Of a stretch of DNA of 24,988 nt, positions 24,467 to 24,988 are shown in pieces. Position 1 is the first letter of the stretch; each line of letters begins with the position of its first letter. A program made the translations under genes and the position numbers. The notes under the pieces are model-generated. The model was given only the letters and a program-made list of their open reading frames with translations. It was not told where the DNA came from and did not search any database. The stretch is from the IMG/VR virus record IMGVR_UViG_3300025084_000208, positions 1-24,988 of that record; one strand, written 5' to 3'. The stretch is from a virus. Its lineage: Duplodnaviria > Caudoviricetes.

Positions 24467-24988
24467 ATGTGTCAAGTAGTTATACCAAGTAGTCCAGTAG
24501 TCAATCCTAACATAGTAATCACAGAACAAGATACTGCTGGATTTGCACAATCTTTAAGAGCAAGCAGAAATACCGGTGAAGGCTGGGGAGATCTTGCAGG
24601 CAACGGTGATCTTTCTACAGGGTTTTATGGTGCTTCAGGTGGTGCTGGCGCACAGGGCAATTTTACCCAAGTAATACCTCCTGCAGAAACTGTGCCTGAA
24701 GGAGAAGGGTTTGACGCTATTAACAGTGTCTTAGAACAAAACTTAAATCAAAATTGGACAGAACAAGGAACACCAGGAAATCCTAATATTCTTAGGTGTT
24801 ACGAAGTTGCTGGCGAAAACTATCGTGGAGACAATACTCCGTGGTGTGCCGGGTATGTAAGTTATGTTTTAAATACAGCAGGGATTGATTGTTTACGAAC
24901 TCTAAGTAGCCAAGGTTATAAACAATATGGTTCAGAAATTGACTGGAGGACATTTGAAAATGTTCGCACTAATGACATAGTGATTTTA
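24467..24988 (+). CDS. Cysteine peptidoglycan peptidase/amidase (NlpC/P60-CHAP superfamily, TIGR02594-like), truncated at the right edge; missing from the ORF track
   Basis: SD AGGAG, ATG 24467, open to the window end; ...NPNILRCY...DNTPWCAGYVSYVLNTAGI...SSQGYKQYG...NDIVIL. The catalytic His would lie beyond the window. Confidence 0.8.
   Translation, partial: MCQVVIPSSPVVNPNIVITEQDTAGFAQSLRASRNTGEGWGDLAGNGDLSTGFYGASGGAGAQGNFTQVIPPAETVPEGEGFDAINSVLEQNLNQNWTEQGTPGNPNILRCYEVAGENYRGDNTPWCAGYVSYVLNTAGIDCLRTLSSQGYKQYGSEIDWRTFENVRTNDIVIL

Overview
An AT-rich fragment of a large T4-like (myovirus) phage genome, probably from an uncultured lineage; the host cannot be identified from the sequence. The left part (minus strand) holds a tape-measure-like gene, the portal (gp20), two small genes, a very acidic core-like protein, prohead protease (gp21), scaffold (gp22), a short major capsid protein (gp23) and two further virion-type genes. 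The middle holds a divergent gp26-like gene with a likely -1 frameshift extension, then on the minus strand late sigma gp55, gp47, gp46, a small basic protein and a GIY-YIG nuclease. The right part (plus strand) is a baseplate operon: tube-initiator-like, gp53-like, hub-like, a gp5/VgrG-like spike with a C-terminal lysozyme-like domain, and a truncated cysteine peptidoglycan peptidase. Three signals are not explained by the ORF track: (1) a ~500 nt structured non-coding tract immediately after the GIY-YIG stop codon, a candidate nuclease-associated RNA; (2) a ~250 nt non-coding unit with its own sigma70 promoter and terminator inside the late region; (3) a T TTT TTC slippery site joining the gp26-like ORF to an unannotated -1 frame, like lambda G/GT tail chaperones. 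All assignments come from motif recognition and base-pairing by eye; no database search or folding program was run.
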